Positions 9,238 through 20,039 are shown, numbered from the stretch's first letter. The stretch: 64,000 bases of DNA from an uncultured Chloroflexia bacterium (GCA_963713975.1 OY970218.1:3104001-3168000); one strand, 5' to 3'. Notes: generated by a model from the sequence alone, not told the origin. A program made the numbers and translations.

Positions 9238-10556
9238 GACGACACCTCCTCGGATGGCTTCTTGCGGCTCCGCTTGGGGGCCTTCGGGGCCTCCGCGGCC
9301 ACGGCCGCCTCAGCGGGAGCCTCGGCAGGCACGTCCGCATGGACCTCTGGCGCAGGCGCCTGGTCCGTGGCCTCGACCGGCTCCGGCTGGGACTCCGGCG
9401 CAACCACGGCCTCCGGCTCGACCGCGGCGTCCGCCGGTGCGGAATCCGGCTCGACGGCAGCCTCCGGTGTGGGCTCGGGATCCACCTCGGCCTGCTCCGC
9501 GAGTGTGGCCGCTGCCTCGGCGACGGACACGTCGCTCCGGATGTCGATCCGCCAGCCCGTCAGCCGCGCCGCCAGGCGCGCGTTCTGTCCTTCGCGGCCG
9601 ATGGCCAGCGAGAGCATCCGCTCGGGGACGGTCACGTTCGCGATCCGGTGCTCCTCGTCGATGTCGACGCCCAGGACCTGGGCCGGCGACAGGGCGTTGG
9701 CAACGAACACGGACGCATCCTCGTTCCACGGGATCACGTCGATCTTCTCGCCGGCGAGCTCCGCCACCACGGCCTGGACCCGCGTGCCGCGCTGGCCGAC
9801 CGTCGCCCCGACCGGATCGAGACCGTCCTGGCGCGACGCCACGGCGACCTTGGACCGCGAGCCGGCCTCACGGGCGATGGCCTTGATCTCGACGGTCCCG
9901 GCGTGGATCTCGGGGACCTCGAGCTCGAACAGGCGGCGCAGGAACCCCTTGTGGGTGCGCGACACCATGACCTGGGGACCGCGGGCGGAGCGGCGGACCT
10001 CCAGCACGAAGGCCTTCACGGGCTGGCCGATCCGGTAGTGCTCGAGCGGGCTCTGCTCGGTCGTCTGGAGGACGGCCTCGTCCCCCTTGCCGACGTCGAG
10101 GATGATCGCGCGGGGCTCGACCCGGCTCACGGATCCGGTGATGAGCTCGCCCTCACGGGCGGCAAGCTGGTCGAACCGCTGGTCGCGCTCGACCTCGCGC
10201 ATCCGCTGGAGGATGATCTGCTTCGCCGTCTGGGCGCCGATCCGTCCGAAGTGCTCGGCATCAAGCTGCTCGAGCTCGATCACCCCGCCGGCAGCGACAT
10301 CGGGGTGCGACGCCTGCGCCTCCTCGACGGTCACCTCGACCATCGGGTCCTCGACCTCGTCGACGACGTAGCGACCCCGGAAGACACGGATCTCACCGGT
10401 CGCGGGCTCGATCCGGACGAAGATGTCCTCTTCGGCCGCGACGCGCCGGTAGGCAGCCTGGATCCCCTCCTCGACCGCGCGGATCAGGGCCTCCTGGGGC
10501 ACCTGCTTCTCGGCGTTGAGCTGGAGCAGCGCACCGACGAAGTCACGACTCATCAT
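9234..10556 (-). CDS. nusA: Transcription elongation/termination factor NusA
   Basis: FGRIGAQTAKQ, FELEVPEI, AREAGSRSKVAV, LSLAIGREGQNARLAARLTGWRIDI; start ATG at 10556 or 10553 after GGGAGG. Confidence 0.97.
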   Translation of the reverse strand: MMSRDFVGALLQLNAEKQVPQEALIRAVEEGIQAAYRRVAAEEDIFVRIEPATGEIRVFRGRYVVDEVEDPMVEVTVEEAQASHPDVAAGGVIELEQLDAEHFGRIGAQTAKQIILQRMREVERDQRFDQLAAREGELITGSVSRVEPRAIILDVGKGDEAVLQTTEQSPLEHYRIGQPVKAFVLEVRRSARGPQVMVSRTHKGFLRRLFELEVPEIHAGTVEIKAIAREAGSRSKVAVASRQDGLDPVGATVGQRGTRVQAVVAELAGEKIDVIPWNEDASVFVANALSPAQVLGVDIDEEHRIANVTVPERMLSLAIGREGQNARLAARLTGWRIDIRSDVSVAEAAATLAEQAEVDPEPTPEAAVEPDSAPADAAVEPEAVVAPESQPEPVEATDQAPAPEVHADVPAEAPAEAAVAAEAPKAPKRSRKKPSEEVSS

Positions 10557-10597
10557 GCGCCTCCCATGCTGACGGTCCTCGAGGCCCGCTTCCACAC

Positions 10598-10659
10598 AAA
10601 GAAACGTGGGCTGGTCACCCACGCTCGAAGGCGGCCTCTCTGAATTGGCCGCGAGTATA
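10598..10659 (-). promoter_or_regulatory. nusA 5' leader: -10 TATACT, 5' hairpin and attenuator-like terminator CGTGGG-N7-CCCACG-TTTCTTT (rimP-leader-like)
   Basis: Hairpins at 10631-10652 and 10605-10623; U-tract at 10598-10604; -10 at 10654-10659. Confidence 0.7.
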
Positions 10660-10797
10660 CACCCGGACCCGTGGACGCCTCCCGGAGGGCGAGTCAGGGT
10701 ACCGTCAATCCAAGCGCCAGCAAGCCACCCGGGACGAGGCCCAGATGTCGTTCGAGATCCACCAGCATCGTGTGCTGGAGGACCCGGAGGGACGGAC

Positions 10798-10995
10798 ATG
10801 ATCGACCAACAGGACGAGGGCGATCGACCCTCGAACTCAGAACCGGTGACCGAGGACCCGGTGACCACGCGGGACCGGGTGTGGGGCTGGGTGGTGGTCG
10901 TCGGCGTGACGGTCACCTTGGTCGCGGGCAGCATCTGGATCCTGACCAACATCTTCCTCGGGCCCTGCTGCACGAGACCCGCGCCGGGCTACTAG
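10798..10995 (+). CDS. Small (65 aa) single-pass membrane protein of unknown function with C-terminal GPCC motif
   Basis: GGAGG SD before ATG 10798; acidic N-terminus, then hydrophobic [28 protein letters not shown]; stop overlaps the ispG stop. Confidence 0.65.
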   Translation: MIDQQDEGDRPSNSEPVTEDPVTTRDRVWGWVVVVGVTVTLVAGSIWILTNIFLGPCCTRPAPGY

Positions 10996-12251
10996 TCCCC
11001 TGCTCGCCCGTACCGCCGGTCCACGTACGCCTCAAGCAGGTCGATGAACTCGGCCACGATCGCGTCCCCCCGGAGCGTCCGGTCCAGCTTCCCATCGACG
11101 AACACCGGCGCGACCGGCGCCTCGAACGTGCCCGGCAGGCTGATCCCGATGTCCGCGTGCTTCGACTCGCCCGGGCCGTTGACCACGCAGCCCATGACCG
11201 CGACCTTGAGCTCCTCCACACCCGGGTGGGTCTCCCGCCAGGACGGCATGCGGGTCTTGATGTGGTCCGTGATGTCGCGGGCCATCTCCTGGAAGAACGT
11301 GGAGGTCGTGCGGCCGCAGCCCGGACAGGCGGACACCTGGGGCAGGAACGAGCGCAGGCCCATGGACTGGAGCACCTGCTGGGCGACCTCGACCTCGAGC
11401 TCCCGGCCCGCGCCCGGCTCGGGGGTGAGCGAGACCCGGATCGTGTCGCCGATCCCCTCGTTGAGCAGGATCGCGAGGCCGGCCGTCGAGGCGACGATCC
11501 CCTTCATCCCCATCCCGGCCTCGGTCAGGCCCAGGTGGAGCGGGTAGTCCGAGCGTGGCGCCAGGCGCCGGTACGTGTCCACCAGATCGCGCACCCCGGA
11601 CACCTTGGCCGAGATGATGATCCGGTCGTGGCGGAGGCCCGTCTGCTCGGCCAGGTCCGCGGAACGCATCGCGGACTCGATCATCGCGTCGATCATCACG
11701 TCCCGGGCATCGCGCGGCTCCGCGCTGCGGGCGTTGGCCTCCATCAGGTCCGTGAGCAGCTGCTGGTCCAGCGAGCCCCAGTTGACCCCGATCCGGACCG
11801 GCTTGTCGTGCTCCACCGCCGCGCGAACGATGGTCGCGAAGTTGGCGTCGTGGTACTTGCCGCCCACGTTGCCGGGGTTGATCCGGAACTTGGCGAGCGA
11901 GGCGGCCATCTCCGGGTACTCGACCAACAGCTTGTGGCCGTTGTAGTGGAAGTCCCCGATGACCGGGACATCGACGCCAAGGTTGTCGCGCAGCTTGCGG
12001 ATCATGGCCGGAACGGCGGCCGCGGCCGTCTCCGTGTTGACCGTCACGCGGACGAGCTGGGAACCCGCGTGCGCGAGCCTCGCGACCTGCAGGGCGGTGC
12101 CGTCCGGGTCGGCGGTGTCCGTGTTGGTCATGGACTGGACGACGACCGGGTGGGCGGACCCGACGAGGACACCACCCACGTCCACCGAGACGGTGGGCCT
12201 CCGTACTGGCCGGAGTGCGTCGGGCGGGGTCACGGCATCGGGCGAGGTCAC
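10992..12251 (-). CDS. ispG: HMB-PP synthase IspG (GcpE)
   Basis: [47 protein letters not shown]. Confidence 0.97.
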   Translation of the reverse strand: MTSPDAVTPPDALRPVRRPTVSVDVGGVLVGSAHPVVVQSMTNTDTADPDGTALQVARLAHAGSQLVRVTVNTETAAAAVPAMIRKLRDNLGVDVPVIGDFHYNGHKLLVEYPEMAASLAKFRINPGNVGGKYHDANFATIVRAAVEHDKPVRIGVNWGSLDQQLLTDLMEANARSAEPRDARDVMIDAMIESAMRSADLAEQTGLRHDRIIISAKVSGVRDLVDTYRRLAPRSDYPLHLGLTEAGMGMKGIVASTAGLAILLNEGIGDTIRVSLTPEPGAGRELEVEVAQQVLQSMGLRSFLPQVSACPGCGRTTSTFFQEMARDITDHIKTRMPSWRETHPGVEELKVAVMGCVVNGPGESKHADIGISLPGTFEAPVAPVFVDGKLDRTLRGDAIVAEFIDLLEAYVDRRYGRAGD

Positions 12252-13489
12252 GGCGTGCCGCCACCCACCTGCCGCACGACGTCGAACACGGTGATCCAGA
12301 TCAGGAACGTGAACAGCGCCACGAACCCGATCGCGTACGTCAGCTGCTCCGCGCGCAGGGAGATCTTCCGCCCATAGCGCGGGATCGCCTTGAGCAGCAG
12401 CATCAGCATCCGTCCCCCGTCGAGCGGCGGGAACGGCAGGATGTTGACCAGGGCCAGGTTCGCGGACAGGATGCCGGCCACGTAGAGGGTCATGATGGGT
12501 CCGCCGGTGCGGAAGACGTCGCCCAGCGAGGTCGCGATGCCGACCGGCCCGGAGACCGGCGGCGCGGCGGTCGGATCGCTGGCGATCGAGCCGACGAGGC
12601 TGCCGAGCCCCTCGAGGATCAGGCCGAACCAGCGCACGGTCTCGGCGGCGCCGATGCGGGCCGCCTCGCCCAGCGAGCGCCCGGTGGTCCCGCCGGGGAA
12701 CACCGACTCGAACCCGCCCTCGCCCGCCCGGATCCCGAGCGCGCCCTTGCCGGCGTCGATCTCCTCCTGGGTGCGCAGGGTGACCACCACGTCGGCCTCG
12801 GTGCCGTCCGGGTAGAGGACGCCGACGGTCACGGTCCTGCCGGCGTTCTCGCGCAACCCGTCGATGACAGACGCGCCGTTGTAGAGGCTGAAGAAGTCGT
12901 AGCGCTGGCCGTCGATGCTCACGATGGCCTGACCCCCCTCGAGCCCGGCGGCAGCCGCGGGAGACCCCGATTCCACCGTTTCGAACTTGAGGCCGATGAG
13001 CGGCGTGGCCAGCCAGGCGATCGCGGTGAAGATGGCGAAGGCAAGCAGGAGGTTCATCAGGACGCCGGCGACGAGGATGCCCTGCTTGACGGCGAGTCGG
13101 GCCCGGCCGAACGAGCGCGGGTCATAGCTCTCTCCGCCGTTCTCGTCCTCGAGCTTGACGAACCCGCCGATGGGCAGCCAGTTGAGCGTGTACTCCGTCC
13201 CGGGCGGGATCTCCGGCGTCTCGAGCACCGCCTCGTGGGCCGCCTCGTCATCGCGGGTGGCCGCGAGCGCCTGCTCCCGCGCGGCAGCATAAGCCGCGGT
13301 ATCGGTGGCGGACACCCCGCCCCGGCCCAGGCTCCTGGCCCTGGGCGGGAAGCCGACGCCGAACTCCAGCACGCGTATGCGCGCGAGGCGGGCGGTGATG
13401 AAGTGGCCCAGCTCGTGGAACAGGACGATCCCGCCCAGCACCACGATGAACAACAGGATCGTGGTGAGCGTGTCGATGATGGTGCTCAC
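12248..13489 (-). CDS. rseP: RIP metalloprotease RseP (M50, PDZ domain)
   Basis: HELGH, LPIGGFV, AGVLMN, PDZ domain, [11 protein letters not shown]. Confidence 0.92.
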   Translation of the reverse strand: MSTIIDTLTTILLFIVVLGGIVLFHELGHFITARLARIRVLEFGVGFPPRARSLGRGGVSATDTAAYAAAREQALAATRDDEAAHEAVLETPEIPPGTEYTLNWLPIGGFVKLEDENGGESYDPRSFGRARLAVKQGILVAGVLMNLLLAFAIFTAIAWLATPLIGLKFETVESGSPAAAAGLEGGQAIVSIDGQRYDFFSLYNGASVIDGLRENAGRTVTVGVLYPDGTEADVVVTLRTQEEIDAGKGALGIRAGEGGFESVFPGGTTGRSLGEAARIGAAETVRWFGLILEGLGSLVGSIASDPTAAPPVSGPVGIATSLGDVFRTGGPIMTLYVAGILSANLALVNILPFPPLDGGRMLMLLLKAIPRYGRKISLRAEQLTYAIGFVALFTFLIWITVFDVVRQVGGGTP

Positions 13490-14703
13490 GCGGAACCTCC
13501 AGGGGAGCCCGCGGCGAAGCAGGCACGGACCTCGAGGTCCAGCTCGACGAGCGCGGGCACGTCAGGCGCCTGGTCGGGACCCTCGCCGAAGCGGCGCACG
13601 GCCGCCTCCAGGAGGCGCGGGATACCCGGGAAATCGAGGGTCCGATCGAGGAAGCGGGACACCGCCACCTCGTCGGCAGCGATCAGCGCCGCGGACGCGC
13701 GACTGCCGATGCGGCCCGCATCGCGGGCGATCCGGAGGGCCGGGAAGCGGGCCTCGTCGGGGGCACGGAAGTCGAGCCGGGCGGCGCCCACCAGGTCTGG
13801 CGGGGTCGTCGGGGACGGCAGACGATCCGGGTAGGTCAGGGCGTACTGGATGGGAAGGCGCATGTCGGGTGTGCCCAGCTGGGCCTTGAGGGAGCCATCG
13901 ACGAACAGGACGGCGGAGTGGACGACGCTCTGCGGATGCACGACCACGTCGATGGCGTCGTAGCCGACATCGTACAGCCAGTGCGCCTCGATGACCTCCA
14001 GGCCCTTGTTGACGAGCGTGGCGGAGTCGACGGTGATCTTGGCGCCCATGGTCCAGGTCGGGTGCCTGAGGGCCTGCTCCGGGGTCACGCTCGCAAGCTG
14101 CGCGGGCGTCGCATCGATGAACGGCCCCCCGGAGGCAGTGAGCACGAGGCGCGCGATCCCGGCCTTCGGCTCTCCGACCAGGCACTGCCAGATGGCAGAG
14201 TGCTCGGAATCGATCGGCCGGAGCCAGGCGAGCGGTGTCGCGAGCGGGTCGGCAGCATCGGCGGCGGCCCTCGCGGCCGCCTGCGCAACGGCCTCCGCCA
14301 TCACCAGGTGGCCGCCGGCGACGAGCGTCTCCTTGTTGGCGGTCGCGACGACCTTGCCCGCTCGCAGGGCCGCGAGGGTCGGGCGCAGCGACACCACGCC
14401 GCCGGTTCCGATGATCACGAGATCGACGTCGTCCCGGGTGGCGAGGTCGATGAGGGCGTCCGCTCCGCGGACGCGGACCGTTCCAGGCGGCAGGTCCAGG
14501 GCGGAAGAATCATCGGCGAGGGCTACCGCGTCGGGTCGGAGGCGCCGTGCCTGGCGCTCGAGCTCGGGGCCGTTGCGGCCGGCCGCGATCGCCACCACGC
14601 GGAACCGGTCCGGGTAGCCCTCGAGGACCTCGACCGCCTGGCGGCCGATGCTTCCCGTCGAGCCCAGCAGCGCAACGCCCAGGCGACGACCGTCAGCGAA
14701 CAA
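13486..14703 (-). CDS. dxr: 1-deoxy-D-xylulose-5-phosphate reductoisomerase
   Basis: LLGSTGSIG, ANKETLV, PIDSEHSA, LTASGGPF, WTMGAKITVDSA; start estimated at TTG 14703. Confidence 0.96.
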   Translation of the reverse strand: MFADGRRLGVALLGSTGSIGRQAVEVLEGYPDRFRVVAIAAGRNGPELERQARRLRPDAVALADDSSALDLPPGTVRVRGADALIDLATRDDVDLVIIGTGGVVSLRPTLAALRAGKVVATANKETLVAGGHLVMAEAVAQAAARAAADAADPLATPLAWLRPIDSEHSAIWQCLVGEPKAGIARLVLTASGGPFIDATPAQLASVTPEQALRHPTWTMGAKITVDSATLVNKGLEVIEAHWLYDVGYDAIDVVVHPQSVVHSAVLFVDGSLKAQLGTPDMRLPIQYALTYPDRLPSPTTPPDLVGAARLDFRAPDEARFPALRIARDAGRIGSRASAALIAADEVAVSRFLDRTLDFPGIPRLLEAAVRRFGEGPDQAPDVPALVELDLEVRACFAAGSPGGSA

Positions 14704-15517
14704 GCGCGACCACGTACAGCGCGACCACGGGACCCGCGAACAGGAACGAGTCGATCCGGTCCAGGATTCCCCCGTGGCCCGGGATGAGCGTCCCCGAGTC
14801 CTTCGCACCGGCGGCTCGCTTGAGCATCGACTCCGCCAGGTCGCCGGCCTGCGCTGAGAGCCCCAGGAGCGGCCCAAGGACCAGGGCTCCCAGGGGCTGC
14901 TGGCCCATGGCCGCCAGCATGAGCATGGTCACGAGGGTCGTCGCCACGAGGCCCCCGACCAGGCCCTCGATGGACTTGGCCGGCGAGATGTGGACGATGA
15001 ACTTGTGGCGGCCGATCTGGCGGCCGACCAGGAACGCGCCCGTGTCGTAGCTCCAGACGCCCAGCACCAGGAGCAGGATCCAGCCACGCTCGGCACCGAT
15101 GGGGGCCAGCACCGAGCCTTCGGGAATGGCGGGTCCGAGCGAGGCGACCAGCAGGATGAACCCGATGAGTCCCACGTACAGCGCACCGAACACGGTGGTG
15201 AACCAGGCGACCAGCCCATCCCGGGGGTCGATGCGCGAGAATGCGCCGACTCCGGCCAGCACGACGCCGACGCCCACCAGCAGCACGCCCGCGTCGCTCG
15301 TCGGGCGGATTGCCGCCACGAGCACGAAGGCCACGGCGAGCGCGGTACCGAACAGGTGGAGCGAGGGGTATCCCGCGGATTTCAGCAGCCGGAACACCTC
15401 GAGTGCCCCCAGCGCGGCGATGAGGACGACGAGTGTCGCGATCGCGGGCAGCCCGATCCAGAGGGCGACGAGCAGGACCGGGACGAGGACCAGGGCCGAG
15501 AGCGCGCGCGTCTTCAA
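14693..15517 (-). CDS. cdsA: Phosphatidate cytidylyltransferase
   Basis: DTGAFLVG, ISPAKSIEG, GDLAESMLKR, KDSGTLIPGHGGILDRIDS; TTG start at 15517. Confidence 0.95.
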   Translation of the reverse strand: MKTRALSALVLVPVLLVALWIGLPAIATLVVLIAALGALEVFRLLKSAGYPSLHLFGTALAVAFVLVAAIRPTSDAGVLLVGVGVVLAGVGAFSRIDPRDGLVAWFTTVFGALYVGLIGFILLVASLGPAIPEGSVLAPIGAERGWILLLVLGVWSYDTGAFLVGRQIGRHKFIVHISPAKSIEGLVGGLVATTLVTMLMLAAMGQQPLGALVLGPLLGLSAQAGDLAESMLKRAAGAKDSGTLIPGHGGILDRIDSFLFAGPVVALYVVALVR

Positions 15518-15530
15518 CTCGTCCTCAAGG

Positions 15531-16346
15531 CTAGCGGCCGAAGCGGCGCGTGCGCCGGGCGAACTCGACCAGCGCCGTGTCGAAGGCATCCGGACCGAAG
15601 TCCGGCCAGAGGCAGTCCGTGAACACGAGCTCCGCGTAGGCCGACTGCCAGATCAGGAAGTTGCTGATCCGCTGCTCCCCGCCGGTGCGGATCACGAGAT
15701 CCGGATCGGGCAGCCCGCCTGTGTACAGGGCGTCGCCGATGGCCCGCTCGTCGATCTGCTCGAGGGGGATGCCGGAGGCCATCAGCTGCCGGAACGCATC
15801 CACCAGCTCGGTCCGGCCCGCGTAGTTCCAGGCCACGTTGAGCTGCAGGCGGGTGCCCTCGGCGGTCCGGCCCAGCGCCCCCTCGATCGCCGAACGGGTC
15901 TCCTCGGGGAGCTCGGCGAGCCTGCCCAGCAGGCGGACGCGCACGCCCTGCGCCGCAAGCTCCTCGGTCTCGCTCGCGATGGCCCGGCCCAGCAGGTCGA
16001 ACAGGCCGGCGACCTCGTCGTCCGAGCGTGCCCAGTTCTCGCGGCTGAAGGCATAGAGCGTGAGCATCGGGACACCGCGTCGGACCGCGTGCTCCAGCAG
16101 GCTCCGGACGGCCTCGACACCGGCCGCGTGCCCCTCGAAGTCGCTCGTGCCGTGGGCCCTCGCCCACCGCCGGTTGCCGTCCATGATGATGGCGACGTGA
16201 CGCGGCAGGTCCTCGGGCGACAAGAGCGGCGCATCCACGTCGGGCGCGACGAGTGCCGGCGCCCCCGTCTCGCCCGCGCCGTGGTGGGCGAGCGGCGGGG
16301 CGTCGGTCGGTCGTGCCGGCGTTCGATCAAGCGGCGCCTGGGCCAC
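15531..16346 (-). CDS. uppS: Undecaprenyl/polyprenyl diphosphate synthase
   Basis: HVAIIMDGNRRWA, YAFSRENW, IRTGGEQRISNFLIWQ, RRFG. Confidence 0.96.
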   Translation of the reverse strand: MAQAPLDRTPARPTDAPPLAHHGAGETGAPALVAPDVDAPLLSPEDLPRHVAIIMDGNRRWARAHGTSDFEGHAAGVEAVRSLLEHAVRRGVPMLTLYAFSRENWARSDDEVAGLFDLLGRAIASETEELAAQGVRVRLLGRLAELPEETRSAIEGALGRTAEGTRLQLNVAWNYAGRTELVDAFRQLMASGIPLEQIDERAIGDALYTGGLPDPDLVIRTGGEQRISNFLIWQSAYAELVFTDCLWPDFGPDAFDTALVEFARRTRRFGR

Positions 16347-16903
16347 TAGACCTCGAGGACCTCCTGCTCCTTGACGGCCCCGAGGCGATCGACGTCATCG
16401 ATGACCCGGTCCGTGATCTTCTGGAGCTGGTCGATCTGCCGGTGCGCCTCGTCGGCGCCCAGCGTGCCGTCCCGCTCCTCCTTCTTGATGGCGTCGTTGG
16501 CATCGCGGCGGAGATGGCGGATCTCGACGCGGGCCTCCTCCATCCGCTTGTGGACGCTCTTGACGATGTCCTTGCGACGCTCTTCGGTCAGCTGCGGGAT
16601 GTTGAGGCGGACGACCGTGCCGTCGACGTTCGGCATGATGCCGATGTCGCTCTTCATGATGGCCTTCTCGATCGCCCCCAGGACACCCCTGTCCCAGGGC
16701 TGGATGACGACCTGGTGGGCCTCCGGAACGCTGATCGACGCGAGCTGGTTGAGCGGGGTCGGAGCGCCGTAGTAGTCGACGAGCAGCCGTTCCACCAGGC
16801 TGGTGGATGCGCGGCCGGTGCGCAGACCCGAGAAGTCGCGCTCCATGGCCTCAACGGCGCGGAGCATCTTGCGCTCCGACTCGGCAAGGATCTCGGTGGT
16901 CAT
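16346..16903 (-). CDS. frr: Ribosome recycling factor
   Basis: [26 protein letters not shown]; ATG at 16903. Confidence 0.97.
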   Translation of the reverse strand: MTTEILAESERKMLRAVEAMERDFSGLRTGRASTSLVERLLVDYYGAPTPLNQLASISVPEAHQVVIQPWDRGVLGAIEKAIMKSDIGIMPNVDGTVVRLNIPQLTEERRKDIVKSVHKRMEEARVEIRHLRRDANDAIKKEERDGTLGADEAHRQIDQLQKITDRVIDDVDRLGAVKEQEVLEV

Positions 16904-17694
16904 CCGGTGGCTCCTCCGGGCTCGACGGAGATGAGGGTGCCGACCTGCTCGCCCTGGGCAACCCTCGTGATGTTGTCGGGCGCGTTCAGGTCGAACACCA
17001 CGATCGGGAGATGGTTCTCCATGCACAGCGAGACGGCCGCGGCATCGAGGACCTTCAGCTGGTCCTTGAGCACGTCGTGGTAGCTCAGGGTCTCGTAGCG
17101 GCTGGCGTTGGGGTTGGTCATCGGATCCGAATCGTAGACCCCGTCCACCTTCGTCGCCTTGAGCAGGACCTCGGCGTCGATCTCGACGGCCCGCAGGGCC
17201 GCCGCGGTGTCCGTGGTGAAGTACGGGTTGCCGGTGCCGGCAACGAAGATGGTCACGCGACCCTTCTCGAGGTGCCGGACGGCGCGGCGACGGATGTACG
17301 GCTCGGCGATCTCGTTCATCGCGATCGCCGACATGACCCGCACCGGGATCCCGGCTCGCTCGATGGCGTCCTGCAGGGCCAGGCCGTTCATGACCGTGGC
17401 CAGCATGCCGATGTAGTCGCCGGTCGCACGGTCCATGCCCTTGGCCGATGCGGCCAGGCCACGGAAGATGTTGCCGCCACCCACGACGATGCCGACCTGG
17501 ACGCCCATCCCGTGGACGATCCCAACCTGCTTGGCGATGAATGCGCAGAACTGCGGATCGACCCCGTACTGGCGCTCCCCCAAGAGGGCCTCGCCCGACA
17601 GCTTCAGCAGGACCCGGCGGTAGCGGAGCCGGCCGTCGACCGGGGCCGGTTTCGGCCCCTCGCCCGTGCCGGTCTCGCGACCGGCGTCCGTCAC
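16900..17694 (-). CDS. pyrH: UMP kinase
   Basis: [31 protein letters not shown]. Confidence 0.97.
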   Translation of the reverse strand: MTDAGRETGTGEGPKPAPVDGRLRYRRVLLKLSGEALLGERQYGVDPQFCAFIAKQVGIVHGMGVQVGIVVGGGNIFRGLAASAKGMDRATGDYIGMLATVMNGLALQDAIERAGIPVRVMSAIAMNEIAEPYIRRRAVRHLEKGRVTIFVAGTGNPYFTTDTAAALRAVEIDAEVLLKATKVDGVYDSDPMTNPNASRYETLSYHDVLKDQLKVLDAAAVSLCMENHLPIVVFDLNAPDNITRVAQGEQVGTLISVEPGGATG

Positions 17695-18287
17695 ATCTCC
17701 TCCCCGAGGGCGAAGCGCACGAAGCGGCGGACGCGGATGTTCTCGCCGATCGTTGCGATCTGCTCGGTCACCAGGTCGCGCACGGTTCGGTCCTCGTCGC
17801 GGAACGGCTGCTCCAGGAGACAGACCTCCTTGTACCACTTGGCGAGCTGCCCCTCCACGATCTTCTCGCGGATGGCCTCGGGCTTCGCCTGGACCGCCTC
17901 GTCGTCGGCGAGGGCGGCCTTCCTGGCACTGATCACGGCCTCGGGGATCGCGTCCACATCCACGTAGAGCGGGGCAAGGCCGGCGACCTGCATCGCCAGG
18001 TCCCGCACGAGCTTCTGGAACTCGTCCGTGCGGGCGACGAAGTCCGTCTCGCAGTTGACCTCGATCAGCACGCCGACGCGGCCGCCGGTGTGGATGTAGC
18101 TGCTGACCAGGCCCTCGCGGGCGTCACGGCCGGCCTTCTTGGCGGCGGCGGCGAGGCCCTTCTCGCGCAGGTGCGCGACGGCCTTGTCCATGTCGCCGCC
18201 GGTCTCCTCCAGCGCGCGCTTGCAGTCCATCATGCCGGCGCCGGTTCGCTCGCGCAGCTCCTTGACCGCCTCGGCGGTGATTGCCAT
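17691..18287 (-). CDS. tsf: Elongation factor Ts (short, about 200-aa type)
   Basis: [41 protein letters not shown]. Confidence 0.97.
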   Translation of the reverse strand: MAITAEAVKELRERTGAGMMDCKRALEETGGDMDKAVAHLREKGLAAAAKKAGRDAREGLVSSYIHTGGRVGVLIEVNCETDFVARTDEFQKLVRDLAMQVAGLAPLYVDVDAIPEAVISARKAALADDEAVQAKPEAIREKIVEGQLAKWYKEVCLLEQPFRDEDRTVRDLVTEQIATIGENIRVRRFVRFALGEEM

Positions 18288-18418
18288 CTGTCCGTGCTCC
18301 TGTCGATCGTGAGCGCGCGGCCGGGCCGTGCGCGGGTGGGTTCATCTCGACCGAGCGCGCCCAAGCGCCTCGGGTGCGGTGCCCGGGAGCGCGGCGGCCC
18401 CGCGGTCCCGGGCCGGGA

Positions 18419-19351
18419 TCAGTCGCCCGGCTTCGCGGCCTCGCCGGCTGCCTCGGCCTCCGGGGCGGCGGGGAGGGCCTCGGTCTCCGGGGCGGCATCG
18501 GCCTTCGGGGAGCCGGGGAGCAGGTCATCGTCCATGTCGGGGTCGAAGGAGAGCGTCCCCCCGGCGGCGAGCTGCGCGACCAGGTCGGCCGCGGCCGCCT
18601 CGTCGAACTCCGGCTCATCGATGGCCTGGGGCACCGGCTCGTCCGCCTCGGCCGAAGCGTGGGCCGCCCGTTGGCGGGCTCCCTCGATCGCGGCGTCCGC
18701 GACCAGCTGGCAGAGCAGCCGGATCGAGCGGATCGCGTCGTCGTTGGCGGGGATGATGTAGTCCAGCTCGTCGGGGTCGACGTTGGTGTCGCCCGTGCCG
18801 ACGACCGGGATCTCGAGCTTGTTCGCCTCGGTGACGGCGATCCGCTCGCGGTGCGGGTCCACGATAAAGATCGCGCCCGGCTGGCGCTTCATCTTGCGGA
18901 TGCCGCCGAGCGTCGCCTGGAGCTTGTTGAGCTCCTCGGTCAGCTTGGCCGCCTCCTTCTTCGAGAGACGGTCGAAGTCGCCGGCCATCTGGCGGGCCTC
19001 GAGCTGGTCGAGCAGCCCGATGCGCTTCTTGATGGTGACGAAGTTGGTCATCATGCCGCCGAGCCAGCGCTTGGTCACGTACGGCTGGCCGGCGCGGATG
19101 GCCTCCTGCATGACCGGCTCCTGGGCCTGCTTCTTGGTGCCGACGAAGAGCACGCTCTCGCCCCGCGCGACGGTCTCCGAGACGAACTCGAGCGCAAGGT
19201 CCAGGCGCTTGACAGTCTGCGCCAGGTCGATGATGTGGATGCCGTTGCGCTCCGCGAAGATGTACGGCTTCATCTTCGGGTTCCAGCGACGGGTCTGGTG
19301 TCCGAAATGGACGCCGGCCTCAAGCAGCTGGCGCATCGAGACGGTGGGCAC
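18419..19351 (-). CDS. rpsB: 30S ribosomal protein S2
   Basis: [34 protein letters not shown]. Confidence 0.98.
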   Translation of the reverse strand: MPTVSMRQLLEAGVHFGHQTRRWNPKMKPYIFAERNGIHIIDLAQTVKRLDLALEFVSETVARGESVLFVGTKKQAQEPVMQEAIRAGQPYVTKRWLGGMMTNFVTIKKRIGLLDQLEARQMAGDFDRLSKKEAAKLTEELNKLQATLGGIRKMKRQPGAIFIVDPHRERIAVTEANKLEIPVVGTGDTNVDPDELDYIIPANDDAIRSIRLLCQLVADAAIEGARQRAAHASAEADEPVPQAIDEPEFDEAAAADLVAQLAAGGTLSFDPDMDDDLLPGSPKADAAPETEALPAAPEAEAAGEAAKPGD

Positions 19352-19366
19352 TGGGTGACCTCCTGC

Positions 19367-19464
19367 GGTTCTGCCTCCGCGGATCCCCGGCGGGGGCCCC
19401 GGTCCGGCGCTTCATGGCCAGTCCGGCGGCACCGTCCCGTACGGGTTGGCGATCCGCGTGTGTG
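19367..19464 (-). ncRNA. rpsB leader (t44 / S2-binding autoregulatory RNA)
   Basis: ACACACGCGGATC...GGTGCC...GATCCGCGGAGGCAGAACC, matching the ACACAC / GGUG / GGAGGC-AACC pattern of the rpsB leader, with closing stem CGCGGATC/GATCCGCG. Confidence 0.8.
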
Positions 19465-19528
19465 CTCCGCTCCGGATGGTCCGGCGCGGGCGTGCATGAT
19501 CCCCGTGGCCATCCCACGGGCGGCGCGG

Positions 19529-19537
19529 AGTGTAGCA
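19529..19537 (-). promoter_or_regulatory. Extended -10 promoter (TGcTACACT) of the rpsB-tsf operon
   Basis: Match to TGnTAnnnT just upstream of the leader. Confidence 0.6.
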
Positions 19538-19646
19538 CAGCGTCCGTTCCGGACCCTCCGCGAGTGCCGGTCCTGCGGGCGTCGCCGGGCGCGCTGGTGG
19601 CACCGGGGGATGTGGGCGCGCGGCGGGTCCCCGGGCCATTGTCAGC

Positions 19647-20039
19647 CTACAGGGCGATAGCGAGGTGGTGGCGGATGCTCAGCCGCCCGTCCGCGTCGCG
19701 GTCCACGGCCACGAGATCCACGCGGATCGGGATCGGGGGCAGTGGACGTCCATCGGGCAGCCTGCCCGCAGCCAGGAGCGCCCCGACGCCTCGTCGCAGG
19801 GTCATCCGCTTCCGGCGGTCGAGCGTCTCCTCGGCCAGCCCGAAGTCGCGGCGTCCGCGCCGTCGGACCTCCAGGACGACGAGTGCCGAGGGCGGGCCGG
19901 GGTCGATGGCAACCAGGTCCAGCTCATCCCGGCCGAGACGCACGTTCCGGGCGAGAATCGTCCAGCCGGCACCCTCCAGCCGCGCGGCGACCAGCCGCTC
20001 GCCGGCGTCGCCGATCCGTTGCGAGTCCGTGGACGTCAT
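19647..20039 (-). CDS. yraN: YraN (UPF0102) nuclease-like protein
   Basis: GDAGERLVA, GWTILARN, ELDLVA, LEVRRR, RVDLVAV; follows rnhB; start could be 20075. Confidence 0.85.
   Translation of the reverse strand: MTSTDSQRIGDAGERLVAARLEGAGWTILARNVRLGRDELDLVAIDPGPPSALVVLEVRRRGRRDFGLAEETLDRRKRMTLRRGVGALLAAGRLPDGRPLPPIPIRVDLVAVDRDADGRLSIRHHLAIAL

Noticed and set aside
17691-18287. Short EF-Ts (198 aa) as a possible truncation
   Set aside because: The short form is well known in Thermus, cyanobacteria and other phyla, and both terminal motifs are intact
18290-18418. GC-rich hairpins between rpsB and tsf as a possible ncRNA
   Set aside because: Such stems are expected at this GC content; no U-tract or recognisable family motif
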